A DNA stretch of 64,000 nucleotides from Podarcis tiliguerta (Eukaryota). Below, one piece after another: positions 12,290 through 25,448 of this stretch. The translations under genes were made by a program, and so were the position numbers. Numbering within the stretch: the stretch's first letter is position 1; each line of letters begins with the position of its first letter. Location of the stretch: NCBI GenBank assembly GCA_965153285.1, contig OZ229114.1, one strand, 5' to 3'. The notes beneath the pieces are model-generated. The model saw only the letters and a list, made by a program, of their open reading frames with translations, was not told the DNA's origin and made no database searches.

Positions 12290-12646
12290 TCACATTTCCC
12301 CCAATCTTTCTTTTAAAAATAAAAACTACATAATCCTCATGAAACTCTAAAATCTGCATGCTCATAAGCAATTTTACCTAACATGCACATGAATTTTACC
12401 TAACGTGGCCATTGCAGAACAATCTCCCCTAACACAATGCAATTTTGTGTGCAATTTTTACAAACGCATGCATTTTTATGCACACTATGAATTTTTCTTC
12501 ACATTACATGGTTGGAGCACCGCATTACAAAATTCAAAAATAAAGGATGGCTGTGTTTCAGTGCTTGTATTGTTTCAGAAAGTGTGAATTAGGTGGGCTT
12601 GCCTTAGAATGTACACCGAATTTAATCCCCCCCCCCCAATCCCTAG
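12290..12646. repeat. Old interspersed repeat (probable non-autonomous DNA transposon), second copy near 61145-61266
   Basis: Shared tgtttcag(a/c)aagtgtgaattaggt(g/a)gg...caccr aattt...atcccta terminus in both copies. Confidence 0.55.
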
Positions 12647-13000
12647 ATAACACTCCTTTATTTTTTTATTATGCAACTAAGCAGTTTAGGACACAAAAGG
12701 AAAACTTTAACACAGCAAGACGCTCACTATCTCTATACACTTCAGGAACATGAATGTTTAAATCTGTACCACTTGTCATGTCATGACTGGACCAGTTTTT
12801 AACCTTGTGGTATGTGAAAGTACAATTAAGCTCCAAGGAGTGAACTTCCATATTTGTGTATATTTTAAGGATTTGTGTATGCAAAGGATTTGAGTGGCTG
12901 CTTGGGTCCAGTGTTTTGAATGAGCTAAAGTGATCAGGCTACTTGAATTAGTAAGTTTGGAATAGGTAAGAGGACCGGTTCTGGAATATGTGCTGAGGAA

Positions 13001-13020
13001 GCAGCACCCCCTGGTGGTCT
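13001..13020 (-). promoter_or_regulatory. Candidate CTCF site
   Basis: Minus strand agaCCACCAGGGGGTGCtgc matches the CTCF core consensus. Confidence 0.5.
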
Positions 13021-13829
13021 CAATACAAGAACATAACAGAGGAACACCATGGCAGACAATGATAGTTATGAGATATCCACTTTTCTGTTGCACCAGAAAG
13101 TATGAGTTTAGATTCTAGCCTATTCCCGAAGAGAAGATCAAAAAGTTACATTGGTTTGAGGTGCCCAGAAAAGTGAAAGAGGTTTGTTAAGCATGCTAAA
13201 TTGCTAATTTATTGTAGGATCTCTGAGCGGCAAGGGAAGAGTTGTCTCTGCTGGCATCGGCATGAGCAGAGGCACAGAACTGCCAAGATAGCTCATGGAA
13301 TAAAAAAATAAAAAGTATTTGAAATGCAGAATGCAGCTCAGAATGTTGACCTTGGCAGGAATTGAAAGTCCTAAAATGGAGGCAGAAACAACAGAGGTAC
13401 AAAGAAACAAGATATGGAAAAGGGCATTTGGCACTGCCAGTTCTTGTACGTTTGTGGCGCATTACAGCAACAACAGATTAGCTGTAAGGCCTGTTGAAAT
13501 CAGGGAGAATAAATAAGGCACGTGAAAAGGGCATTTCACCCTGACATGTATGCCACTCCTTGTGAACACTTGGATATGTTGAATCAAATGTTTATTAATA
13601 GGCTATCATTAACAGCAAGAAAATTAGCTGGTGTGAAGTTGAACGAATGGAAGAATGATAAACCTTCTAAAGTAGAAAGACATAATAAAAGATGGAGCAC
13701 AGCCAAAATGGAGAGCTTGACAATGTGTATAAATATAAGACAAAATAATCTGAAGGCATGCTCCCTGTATATGGTATTAGTTAATGATGTATAAATTAAC
13801 TAAGTATGAGATGTTGATAGTGACATCAG

Positions 13830-13855
13830 TGTGTGTGTGTGTGTGTGTGTGTGTG
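13830..13855. repeat. (GT)n microsatellite
   Basis: Direct reading, about 13 units. Confidence 0.95.
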
Positions 13856-13944
13856 ATTTCAATAAAGTGTTTAAAACAAACAAACTAAATAAAATACAAT
13901 CAATAGTTTTGCCAGTGGTGCCTGAATTGTGATGGTTCTTACTT

Positions 13945-14098
13945 TTAAATGACATCTGAATGCAGCCCTGTTTAGGGATGTTTTTAATGTTTAATGCTGT
14001 ATTGTGTTTTTAATATTCAGTTGGAAGCCACCCAGAATGGCTGGGGAAACCCAGACAGATAGGCAGGGTATAAATAATAAATGATGATGATGATGATG
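13945..14098 (+). mobile_element. L2-type LINE 3' end
   Basis: ggaagccacccagaatggctggggaaacccagacagataggcagggtataaataataa followed by (ATG)n. Confidence 0.75.
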
Positions 14099-16212
14099 CA
14101 AGTCATGAACTCATGCTGTAGTCAACATTTTAAAGAACCTGCAGCTACCTGACTATGCAGATGTAAACCAGCTGTAAGTTTTATTTCATGGCCTTCAACA
14201 GGAATTGGACAATATATGAATCAGAACCAAGTATTTTGTCAGACTTCTTCATAGAATACAGCACCAAAGATTGATGCTGACTTTCTGAAGAACACCATTA
14301 TGAGAAAAAGAAAAGTGTTTCCTGTCTTAACTCAGGCTATTATCTCTGCAGAGGACTTTCCGCCTTTGCCATCTGCAAGCTTCTACAGTGCTTATTTTGG
14401 AAATCCAAGTTGTTTCCTTCATACTCTAGCTAAGAATTGTCCTACCAGCAGCTCTTCCAAACAACCAATGAGAAATAGCTTGGCTTGCATATCTGTATGT
14501 ACATTTGATCAGAGTATATATCTGTACATATGTGGGGTTCTTTTCAGATATGGCCTACCTGAGTCATGGCTGGAAAATACATTGACATGGAGGCAGCATG
14601 GCTACTGGTCACCATCTGCTCCCCTGACCCCCTTGTGTTCATTGAATGCATAGAGAAATGTCTTCTGAGGAGAACAAGAGACAATTCCCCATCTTCCACT
14701 GCTGCTCTTCTCTTGCGACTGATTTTGCAAATAGCAGACTGAAGACTGCCTTGCCCCTGCCATACTGGGTTCTGTGGGAGAGTCACTGGGTCACTGGGTT
14801 CTGTGGGAGAGTTGTGGCTTGTAAGCCCCTAAAATATCTCAGACCCATTCCACAACAACTCAGAGCAAGATTTTCAGTGTGGCTGCCCGTGTTCTGTGGA
14901 ATAGCATCCTTGTTGAGAAGATACAACAGGCCCTAGCTATTGGTCATTTCCAGAAGCAATGTAATACATTTTTGTTTCAGCAAACTTTTCCAACTGTTTG
15001 AAATTTTGAGGTGCTTATTTGTATTGATTTAAAACCCATATTCAACAGCATTGCTTTTTAGCCTATTTTTCTGCATGCATGTAAATCAACCTGAGACTTA
15101 TGTGAAAATTAATTCATAAAACGATGAGGGAACTAAATTAAAAAGGGATATTATATTATGGGGGTGTATTCTGTGCCCATTTCTCTCAAAAGTCTCTGCT
15201 CAATGACACCTGGTCTTACAACTAATCCCTATTTCACAAATCCTATTTTTAAAAATCAATACATTTTAACTTATCATTTAGACTCAGCTACACAGCTGCA
15301 AATATAATGTTAAGTGCATTTTAAGTGCATTATACAGATATTACACTAGGTGGGAATGGTGAGCTTATGGCAAATTCAATATATTATTATTATTTTTAAA
15401 AGCATTTTCACAGGTTTTTTTATACATGTCTAGATTCCACCTTGGAAATGGGGCACGTCTCAAACTATCTTGAAGCAGGCCTCTGAAAGAGCAATCAGAA
15501 AAGTAAATAAGTTTGCCATTATGTATATTAAGGAAAGGTGATTTGAATTAAATACGTGTTAAGTGTTGGGTGACTGGATATAGTGGCAAATTCACACCCA
15601 AGGCCAGTCTGTCAGGAATTAGGAAGAAACATTGATGCACAACAACTAAAGAGGGAGGTAGAATGAGAGAGCAAGAAATACAAGAAATTATTCATAAACC
15701 TTTGTTGAGTCCAAAATGAGGTTTGGGACTGGTTTGAAAATGGAAAGCAGGAAATCAATCTATGTCATCATTCTATGTCCAATATGGGTCGATTCACCTT
15801 AAAAAAGAAAAAGAAAAAGTCTTCCTGGCTCAAACACTCCTGCAATGAAATGTTTCATTTTTTGAAAGGTTCAGAAGAGATGCTTTACACAGCAGGACAT
15901 AAATTCCCTCACTTTTACCATCTACCCTGTCAAAAATGAAATGCAGACCAGTTCCTGCAGGTTCTGCAAAAGGCATTTATTAAATGATATTTTGGGTCAT
16001 AAAAGGGGCATTAACATAGAAACAGCCTCCTATATTTCTGCAGGCCAACAGGAGACGACAGTCCAAGAAATATATTTTCACAAAGATTGGAAAAATGGGC
16101 AAGAACACTCTTAATGCATTATCTGTTTTTGTTAGATGGGTGCAGCCTGAAATATAGAATAAGAAAAGGGCAGGAACTTTTTCTTTAATACTACTGTTCA
16201 TTGGTAAAATTT

Positions 16213-16232
16213 ACAGCGCCACCTATTGGTGG
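16213..16232 (-). promoter_or_regulatory. Candidate CTCF site
   Basis: Minus strand ccaCCAATAGGTGGCGCtgt is close to the CTCF consensus and retains a CpG in a CpG-poor background. Confidence 0.55.
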
Positions 16233-17401
16233 AAGTGAAGAACAGCTAATTCACCTTGCTTGGTCTAAGGGCAGATGGGGAGCCTTCACAATGCTGACAG
16301 CAAATAATTTGGTTTTTAGAACCATACGAAAGCATATGAAAATGCTAGACAAGAAGTTTTTACTGTTCCATGTGAATATACTTTTCTGGAATATGCATAT
16401 TTTGACCCATGGTGGAGTCAAATGACATTTAGACAAATGGGTGGGAGGTACTGAAGATAACTGGGTTGGGATAAACTGTTTTTGCAACATTGATTGATCC
16501 TTTAATGAAGTTTGGGGCTCTCTGTCAAATGGACAATAGGCAGACTGTGGAAATAACGGTGACTAACCATCCAGATTATAGCAAGAGGGCTGTCTTTTTT
16601 GTGTTAGAACAATGGATGCTGAGAAGATCAGGCCTGAAATAGCCACAAGGGGTTAGCAAATTGGAAGGGGATGGATTTTAGCTAGACTCCATCAGGATGA
16701 GCAAAGCCCATCATTCAGAATGAACAGCATAATTTGGTAGTTATCAATATTACCCCAAAACTCTGTCATTCATGCCAAAATCTGCAATACTTTCAACAAA
16801 GCTTCCACAACTTTACCCTTAAGCAAATATCCATTATTGTCATACTTACATCAGCCACATTTTACATTGTCTCGCTCATTCGTTCCATGCAATATTTTGA
16901 CCCTTTGCCATCCCACCCCATGCATTGTCAAAACCATCCAGCGATGCCAGGTATAAGCTAGAAGTGGACAAGGACACTGAACTCCTGACAAAGCATTAAG
17001 GAAGACAGTGATGCACTGTGGCCTATAGCAAAGTAGATGCCATTCTCTTCTGTAACAGGCTACACAATCTAGGATACATGGCACCAGGATTGGCTTTCCC
17101 AGTGGGAGCCAGAGCCAATTCTGTGTTCCCCATCCAGTGACCCCCCCCCCATACAGTGCCAACCTTGCCACAACCTCCCCCTCCCTCCCCCCAGTAGGCT
17201 ATTGCTGCAGCTCCACCACATCAGGCAAGCCTGTTTGGGAGCTGTGAGCAGATATTTTGAAAATATAAAGCCTGTTTCAGTCATGTGAAAAACTGAGTAA
17301 TTATTGCATCAATGAAAAAAACTTTAAAATTGGCTAAAACTTAGAAAATATAGGTGGTGTTCATGTGGAAATCCAGTTCTTGAAGTCGGGAAAATCTACT
17401 A

Positions 17402-17625
17402 CAGTCATACCTTGGGTTACAGATGCTTCAAGTTGTGTTTTTTCAGGTTATGGACCCGCCGAAACCCAGAAGTACCGGAATGGGTTATTTCCGGGTTTCG
17501 GCAGTCGTGCATGCGCAGAAGCACTGAATCGCAACGCACGCGTGTGCAGATGCGCCACTGCGGGTTGCAAACACTGCGGGTTGCAAACATGCATCCCTCA
17601 CAGATCACGTTCACAACGTCCACTG
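17402..17625. mobile_element. Second Tigger/pogo-type MITE family, inserted in an older repeat
   Basis: ta|cagtcataccttgggttac ... ccactg|ta with a CpG-rich interior. Confidence 0.8.
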
Positions 17626-19028
17626 TATATATTTTGGAAAGTTGTTTGTTCACATTTGGACCCCTCTTCAGATGTTGTAACCAAATTTTGCATGATGGCT
17701 CCTGAGATGAAGGGACAAGTTTTAATCTATAGTTGGATACAAGTTTGCATCCAGGTGGTGAACTGAACCTATCAAAATTGCCCAATTTGTTTTGGTTCCT
17801 TAGAAGTCTCAAGTTATTCTGGGCATGAAGCTTCCAGTAAACGATGAAATCAAAATCCTACAACATAATGCATTCATCACTAATTTTCAGCAAACACTTC
17901 CAAGAATGAGATTAGAGCGCAATATATGTGATGGGAAGAAAATGCTTACCCCGTAGGATGACAAGATTCCAAGCAATGAAGGTCAGACTCCTATTATCCT
18001 GTGACTTTCACACAGCCTCCAGTGATATTTGAAAGTTCACTTTGCCGGTAGGTTAAAACAAAAAGGCCTTCCAGAGATCTTTAAACCAGAGGAAAAACAA
18101 TCTGGTATATTTTTATTATTATTCTGAATGAGTCATGTTAATTCATTATTTACAGGTTTCCATCATCCATTTCCGGTGACTAGACCTAGCACCACCGCAT
18201 TAGAAGGCCCATTGTTTGCTAAGGATCAATCTAAAGCCAGGCAAAAAAGTTTGGAGGCAAGAAAATACTGCTAGAGGACACAGCTTAATGGAGTTAACAA
18301 CACATTGGACCTTAATCCGGTAAATAGGCAGCAGTGTCTTTTTGTAGGATTAAGATATTATGATAAACAAAACATTTTAGTAATCTTTTGAGCCCTCAGA
18401 AACATTGAAGGTGGATTTGCACTTATTCTATCCGGCCTGCTCCTTGATCCTTTGCATAGCTTCTTATTCCATTGCCTAGACACCCATGCTCCCTATACGT
18501 CAATAAATATTTAGGTCCTAAAGGTAAACGTTATTTCTGTTTTTTATGCTGGGACATTGGTGCTTGCTGTGCATCTGATCCAACATTCTGAGGAAGAGGA
18601 AGAAATCAGTTTGGCTGTAATAAATGGTCTTCTGAAATCTATCCGTAGCGGGAATGTGGGAGGCTTTTGTGAAGGTCTCCCATACGTATGAGGCTCTCTG
18701 GTGGTTTGACTGATTTAGCAGGGTGAGAAAGATAGCGGAGCATATAGGAGTGGGAAGCTGGTGGGCTGGGGAGGGTTATTTTCTTTTTTCCGCAGGGGAT
18801 GGGAGCAGTGGCTCCTCCTGCAGGTACAGATACAAGGGTCTTAGTTTCAGGGAAACTTATATAAATTCAAGACTTGGCGCGCTATAGCTAAAATGTTATT
18901 TTCTGGAATATAGGATGTTATATCATATTCTTTTTCCCCCAGAGAAAACCAGCCCCACACCCACTGCAGAAGCTGCAATTTGGTTGAAATGCTTTTCACT
19001 TTTGTACATCATTTATGCAATTTTTCAG

Positions 19029-19043
19029 GATGATTGGTGCTTG
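19029..19043 (+). other. Candidate 15-nt exon (or 3' end of a first exon with ATG at 19030)
   Basis: ttatgcaatttttcag|GATGATTGGTGCTTG|gtaagt. Splice motifs only. Confidence 0.3.
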
Positions 19044-19889
19044 GTAAGTATGTGTCATTAGTGTCTGATGGGCATGAGGTGAGAACTAGAACTCCAGTTT
19101 TCAGTTTTCTCTCTTTCATTGTTCTCTTTTTTGTTTCTTTTTAATCCAGTTCCTTTCATTCTGCATGAAAGGCTGGCCAAAGAGCTATTTCATATTATCA
19201 GCTTGCAGATGAACTGAGAATTCTAACTGAGATAAAATAAAAATCCCTATTTTTTTTGTGGATGAAATCTACAGAACATGACTCTTGTTTGACTTTCTTG
19301 TGATCATTTTTTTTTAAAAAAAAAACCATTACAGCGAGCAGTGAGGTAGTTTTACAGCTAGGGGAACTCCCTTCCACCCTCCCCCGGAGTCTTCATTCAT
19401 TTTTTTTCCCTCTCCCCAAGCAATTAAATACTGTCTAATTAAAACTCATTGTGAGATACACACAGGTAATCCTACAAAGTCTGCTATAGTACTAAGGTAA
19501 TCATTCTTGTATTCTTTACACATATCTAAGCAACCTTACTGATATTTTTCTTCACTAGTTATAAATTATGCTTTCCACATGCATATCACATTTCTACCTT
19601 CATTATCTTTCTCTTCTGCTGCTTTTCATGTGCTTTAGCATGCCTGTTGATACCAGTTGTACTGAGAAATCTGGAGACCTGTTAATTAAACTTTTACACC
19701 CCACCTTCATCTTCTTCTGCTGCTGTTGCAAAAGCATTTCCTTTGGATTGTAAAACAGATTTGAGGAGGAGGCTGAAGCTTAGGTACAGGCACACAAATC
19801 TGGGAGAATTACTAGAATTACCTACTTCAGGGTGGTAACTAAATGCCATGGACTACAACTCCCATCAGTTCCAGGTGGTGATAAGATTC

Positions 19890-20176
19890 CATATCCTTCA
19901 ACTCAGCATGGCCCAAATTTGGGGTGCCATGTTCTGGTTCCACATTTCCGCATGAGTCCTGAGATTGTGGACCTGGAAAATAAACTTGTTCAGATACAGC
20001 ACCCAAAACCACACATTTGGGGGCACTGTGTGAGATTTCGGATCCGGAAAAGTGCTGTTTTCGGGGTGAGATTGCAGACTCGAAATTTCGTGAGAGCAAG
20101 ACACCCAAAATGGCCACTGTGGCCATGCAGAAAAAAGCAGGATGCCCAGGTTTTTCCAGGGCTGTTGACAGGTATG
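19890..20176. mobile_element. Non-autonomous hAT-like element (CATAC..CAAC-type TIR) nested in a palindromic MITE (~19828-20190)
   Basis: catatccttcaac ... gttgacaggtatg inverted ends. Flanks ggactacaactcccatc and ggatctgtagtcc are the two arms of the host MITE. Confidence 0.65.
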
Positions 20177-21759
20177 GGATCTGTAGTCCATAAGATAAGT
20201 AGGGTTCGTGTGGCCTCTCTTATCAGTTTGGCTGCAGTCCTAATATCTATGCATCACCAGATAATGAGCAAGTTAATTCACTCCCTAATCCTATCTCCCA
20301 TTCCTGGACCCCTGTGGCTACTCTACCAAAAGGCACTTTTCATATGCAAAGGATAATATAACTGAATTACAAAATGGAATATTTTTTTTTAAAGGCTGCA
20401 GTTCTAAACATGTTGAGGTGAAAACTTCCTTCATCAAAATCAATAGGCCTTCAGAGAAAAGATGCTTTAGAGAAATAGATTTGTTCTTTATGCAGCACTG
20501 ATCCTTACTGATGTCAAACAGGAAAGAAAGAATGAATAACTGGTAGCTTTTAGATTTATTCATTTGAGAGTTGATCTAATTGGAATTGAGTGGCACAGTG
20601 TACAAGCCCTATTCATGCATAGGTTGGGGGGGGGGCGTAATTGTACTTGCTTGCTCCTCACCTTCTATTGTGTCCCCTGTCACCAGCTGCATTACCTTTC
20701 ATATATTAGAGGGCTGAATGTTGAAGCATGGAATCAGGCCCACTCAGTTTCCCCTGTGATTTATAACCCCAATTGCTCAGGATTCTTAAATCACACTGGT
20801 CGGGGTTGGCGAGTGCAGTCTTGTTCTCCCACCTGATGAAACTTGAATTGCATAAGGGTAGATGCATGAATTTTGGAGATTAAGGGCTCCATAATTCCCT
20901 TATCCTGGATTTTTTGTTGACAGTGCAATGATAAAGCATGTGGGCTAGATACTGGGAATTAAATGTTAAGCTGTGTATCCTACTAAGGCTGTGTAACAGC
21001 TTAGAACAGTGCCAAGTTGGAATGGGGGAGTTGTTTAAAATTCAAGGCACTAGTTTGGGCCTAAACACTTGAAGCTGACTGCTGAAGAAATCAAAACTCT
21101 TCACCTTGTCTAATTTATGCTATACGGCCAAAAAGGTCCTTTTAGGGGTCAACCTGGCCCAAGGCAGCACAGAAGTAGCTTCTCATATGCAGTACCTACA
21201 CCAAGTTGACTGACCTTTCTAAAAGAAAGCTCAGCTACAATAACTAAAGTGCTGAAGAAGCAACCCAAGGGAGCAATGTAAAAGGAAGCACATCTCTGCA
21301 AGATGGGCAGGGGGAATTAACCTATGTAATTCAGTGCAAATAGCATCTAGTCGGCAGATTGTTGGTCATCTTCCATTGAGACATAAGGCATGTTCAGGAG
21401 TCTGCTTAAATTCATGAATGCTGGAAGTCTGGATGGCAGAGAGAGATGTGCATGCAGGCCCTGCCCCCAATGTCATCACAACATTTCACACGCGCACATG
21501 CTGCCATGTTGCCCAAGGAAGACTGACCTCTAAAAATATCCTTGTTATCATTCTGTGGTTATCAGTCCTTCTCCAGCGGAAAGTTGGTTCCTGTCACCCG
21601 AAAGGAAGCAGTGGTTAAGCCCTAGCTATGGGATCAAAATTTCTCAGGGCGGGTGGAGGAAATTCAACTGGCAGAATTCTTGTAGTAGTAAAGTGGTTAG
21701 ATTATATCAAGTCAATTTTGCTGCAGATGCATTTGTTACGCATTCATTTCTGGGCTCAA

Positions 21760-22146
21760 TTTAAAGTGCTAGTGAATGGTTTGCAACCAGGTTGGAGGAG
21801 TGCCTATATGCACATGTCTGGGCCATAAGATCAGCATCAAAGGACTTGCTGTCTGGCCTGCCAGTAAGGTCAATTAGCAGGTGCCAGGGACAGGGCCCTT
21901 TCTGTGGCAGCCCTTCACTTCTGGAATTCCCTCACCTGAGAATTCCTTCACCTCCTCTTGTGGTATTTACTTATTTTATTCTGTCAAGCTTTCAATTTAT
22001 CTTATTTCTGGTCCCTATATATGATTTTATTTGATGTTGTTTTTATTAGCCGAATTTTTAATGTAATCTGTTGTATATTGAATTGTAACCCACCCTGACA
22101 CCTCAAGATGAAGGGTGAGTAAAAAATCTGATAAATAATAACAACG
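21760..22146 (+). mobile_element. Decayed L2 LINE 3' fragment
   Basis: ggacagggccctttctgtggcagccct..ctggaattccct and terminal tgtaacccaccctga...gaagggtgagt with an (AAT)n tail. Confidence 0.6.
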
Positions 22147-22581
22147 GCAATGAAACATTATTGTTTAAAGCCATAGGTCACCACAGTACAAATACTACAA
22201 GCAAAAGTTATTTTGACATATTCAACTTACAAATATATATACACAACAGAAAACTGAAATATAATACAGAAATACAGCATAATTCGCACAAGCCTCTCCA
22301 ATAAGCTATAAAGAGGTTAAAAATACACTAATCCAGAAGCATCTCCCACTACCTTAAGTTTTTTAAAAACCTGACTCATAGCTGCTTGGCTTCTAGAGAA
22401 AATTTTGCTACTTGGATAGTAACAAATCTATCTTCGCCCTACAAGCAAGGTAGATATCTGGTCCAGGATGGATCTGGAAACTGAAAGATACAAGTAGGGC
22501 ATTTGTGTGGTGCTCATATAATCAGCAGCTCAACAGTTAAAGGGATACATCCTTCATCTTGCTGGACTCACAAACACAGAG

Positions 22582-22762
22582 GGCAGATCCACACCAAGCA
22601 CACCCACCACAGATTTAAAGCACATGACCTCCTCAAAAGAATCTGGGGACCTATAGTTTCCCACTCCCAGAGCTACAAATCTCAACACTGTTAACAACTT
22701 AGAGTTACCAGGTTTCTTTGAGTAAAGTGTGCATGTGTTTTAAGGTACAGTGTGGATCAGTC
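22582..22762. mobile_element. Palindromic MITE (ggcagatccacac...gtgtggatcagtc)
   Basis: Inverted ends. The left arm recurs at ~56900-56956 (ggcagatccacacca...atttaaagcacatgacct). Confidence 0.7.
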
Positions 22763-25359
22763 CAGAGTCTTTGGTGAACTGGAATATTATTAAACCTTCC
22801 ACCTAGGAATGCATTGGAGATGGTCATTTGGAGCATTAAAAAAGCCATTTCATTATAGCTGCATTTGCCGCTCCAAAGTTAGCACTGAATTATTCCAGTT
22901 CTGCACATTGATGGGATTTCTGTCATGTACCCCCTTTAGTCGTTATTGACAACTTCTTCCACAGTTTACTTTCTTCTGACAATTTCTAAACTGGTTCAGA
23001 TAAAAGCAGGAGACACTTCTCAAACAATTTCCTTGTTTTCTCTTCAAATCACCAGTGGGTAATAATAATCATGGTACACAGGGAATCTTAGGCCAGTTTT
23101 GTATTGGTTTTAAAAAACCCCCAGCATTGCCATTAAAATGTCTTCTCTCCCCACTCCCTTGCTTTTCTTTTTCTCATCAGAGTCATTATCACAGTGCCCT
23201 CATCACAGTGCATCATGGGTTGCACACAGATAACCTGTTGCTTGATTTTTACCATTAGACCCAAATGACACATTGGAAATGCAATTTCCCTGATGATGCC
23301 AGTTTCTGGCCATCTGTCTTGCTGTTACCCTAGCACTAGACAAGTCCTAATACTTGCTGCCACCTCCTGCTTCTCTCATTTCATTTTCTTTCTTCTTGCC
23401 TCTTTACTCCAGTCTCTTCCCAAAACATACACAGAATTTCCAGCACCACAATATTCAACCCAGATTCTAGATTGCATAAATCTCACTGTAGCTAATCTAT
23501 TCCTATATCGCCTGCTCCTGTTCTGTAGCCCTGGCATTAACCAAGGATACACTTTGTAACTTTATTATTAATTTAAGGATGTGGACACTTACAGTTTAAC
23601 AAAACCCCTGACATTGGTAAGAATAACAGTAAGCACAACAATTTAACAAAATAACTGAAAATATAAACCAAACAAATTAAAAAGACGGGGGAGGCGCGAA
23701 CATAGGCAGAATAAAACACAACAACTCACATTCAATAAAACTTCCTTCCCTAAAGTTTACCAGCTTCAGAATACAGTTATAATGATTATACAGTTATAAT
23801 GATTAAACTAGTAAAATAATAGATGCTTAATAACCCTGGCCAGAGAATAATAGCTTTGTTAAAATGTCATTATTGTAGTATAAAATGTAATATGTAAAAT
23901 GTAATAGTTAAGCTTAAGGCTATTTAGGGCCGTGCACACAACTTTGTGTAAAACCTGCAACCCTATGGACAACTTTCTCTCCTAGTAATGAGTTGATGGC
24001 AGCATTTGTGCCCACTTACACAAAGATGCTTAGAAGTATTAAAGTCATAAATTTGGCTTGCCCTTGTAGTTATATAAGTGTGGCAGCTTCCCAAGAGCTA
24101 TTGGCGAGACACAGCTGTGCTCCCAGGCCTTGGTTGCCCCTAATTTCTTATTAAGTCTTCCATTTAATTTCGGTGACCCTCACTGGGGTCTCAGGAATAC
24201 ACAGTGTTCTTTGGAGAACTGGAATGATTGCATTATTTGGGCATTATCCATGAATCCATATATATCTCCTTCGTTTTTTTTAAAAAAAAAGACTGTTAAA
24301 AACTGTTGACACCGAACTATATTGACTTGAGTTTTTAAAACTCTGCTCAGAACGCAAGTGGGATAAAATGAGAAACTAAACAAACACGGCTCCCTGTGTT
24401 GTTGTGGCATTTGGCAGTGCAACAGTACACATGCCTTAGGTCTGCCTGCTAGCACGCCCACCATACAGGCTCAGCAGGAGCAATAGAATAAGAACTAAAA
24501 CATAAAGCAAACATTTCCTATTCCTTTCTTTCTCTCTTTATAATGTTGGCATTAATGAGATTGAATAGATGGGTAGTAAACTCCACTCTTGTTTAATACC
24601 TGTGTGTTCTTGTTGCTGGGATACAAATATTGTTTATTACAAATAGATATGTGCCAAACTTATGTGATCGCTGTGTTCCATATGCCTCATAAATGTTTCT
24701 AAAAGCTGCCAACTGCAGGTGGGGGCAAGGGAAATTAAATTGATTTTCTGTCTAAACCAGGGATCGGGAACCTATGGCTTCCCAGATGTCAATGGATTAT
24801 AATTTTCATCACTGAGCATTAGCTTCCCAGCTAGAGTTGGGCTCACACAACTGCGGAGCCACAGGTACTCCACATTTTCAGAGACTTCTTACCAGGATTG
24901 TCAGGTCAGCAAAGCCGCTCTATCAATCACATCAACTCATACAACTTTATTCAAACTTGAAATTGCTCCATTTTCCAGCCAAGATCAAGCTAATCACCCA
25001 TATCCACACATTTACCTTGAGAATTAGCACTGAAGACCAGCTGTAAAAAGCAGCAACAAAAGGAGAATGGTGCACTCCAATAATGTTACTTCATGGAAGT
25101 ATTGACCTCACATAAAACTGGCAATACTTCCACAAGTAGAGAATGTCCAAAAGGCAGGGTAATATCTTTACTAGGAGCAACTGAAATGTTACAAAGTAAT
25201 GAGTGAGTTTCTCATGACTTCTGCTGGACTTATCTTCATGCTAGGTGCTAAGCAATTATACTTAGAGAGAAGAGAAGAAGCTGGACATAACAGAAAGGTT
25301 CAAAGTCAACTGTTGGCAACAGCCTTAAGATGAAGCACAGGAGGTTTTAGCAGTTGACA

Positions 25360-25448
25360 GCTCAACCCTACACATGTTTACTCAGCAGCAAGTCCCAATG
25401 GATACATGAGCTTATTCCCTGCAAAACGTGTGCATAGGATTGCAGCTT
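25360..25448. mobile_element. Short palindromic MITE
   Basis: gctcaaccctacacatgtttactc...caagtcccaatg...gtgcataggattgcagc. Confidence 0.65.

Noticed and set aside
13200-18078. Minus-strand spliced transcript (exon 17950-18078 and a terminal exon from 13370 with AATAAA at 13208-13213)
   Set aside because: The first exon has stops in all three frames and a weak AAG acceptor. Motif evidence alone is within chance expectation.
25016-25040. Minus-strand 25-nt exon candidate (tgctttttacag|...|gtaaat)
   Set aside because: Not frame-preserving, moderate donor, and opposite strand to the better candidates. It shows such matches can arise by chance.
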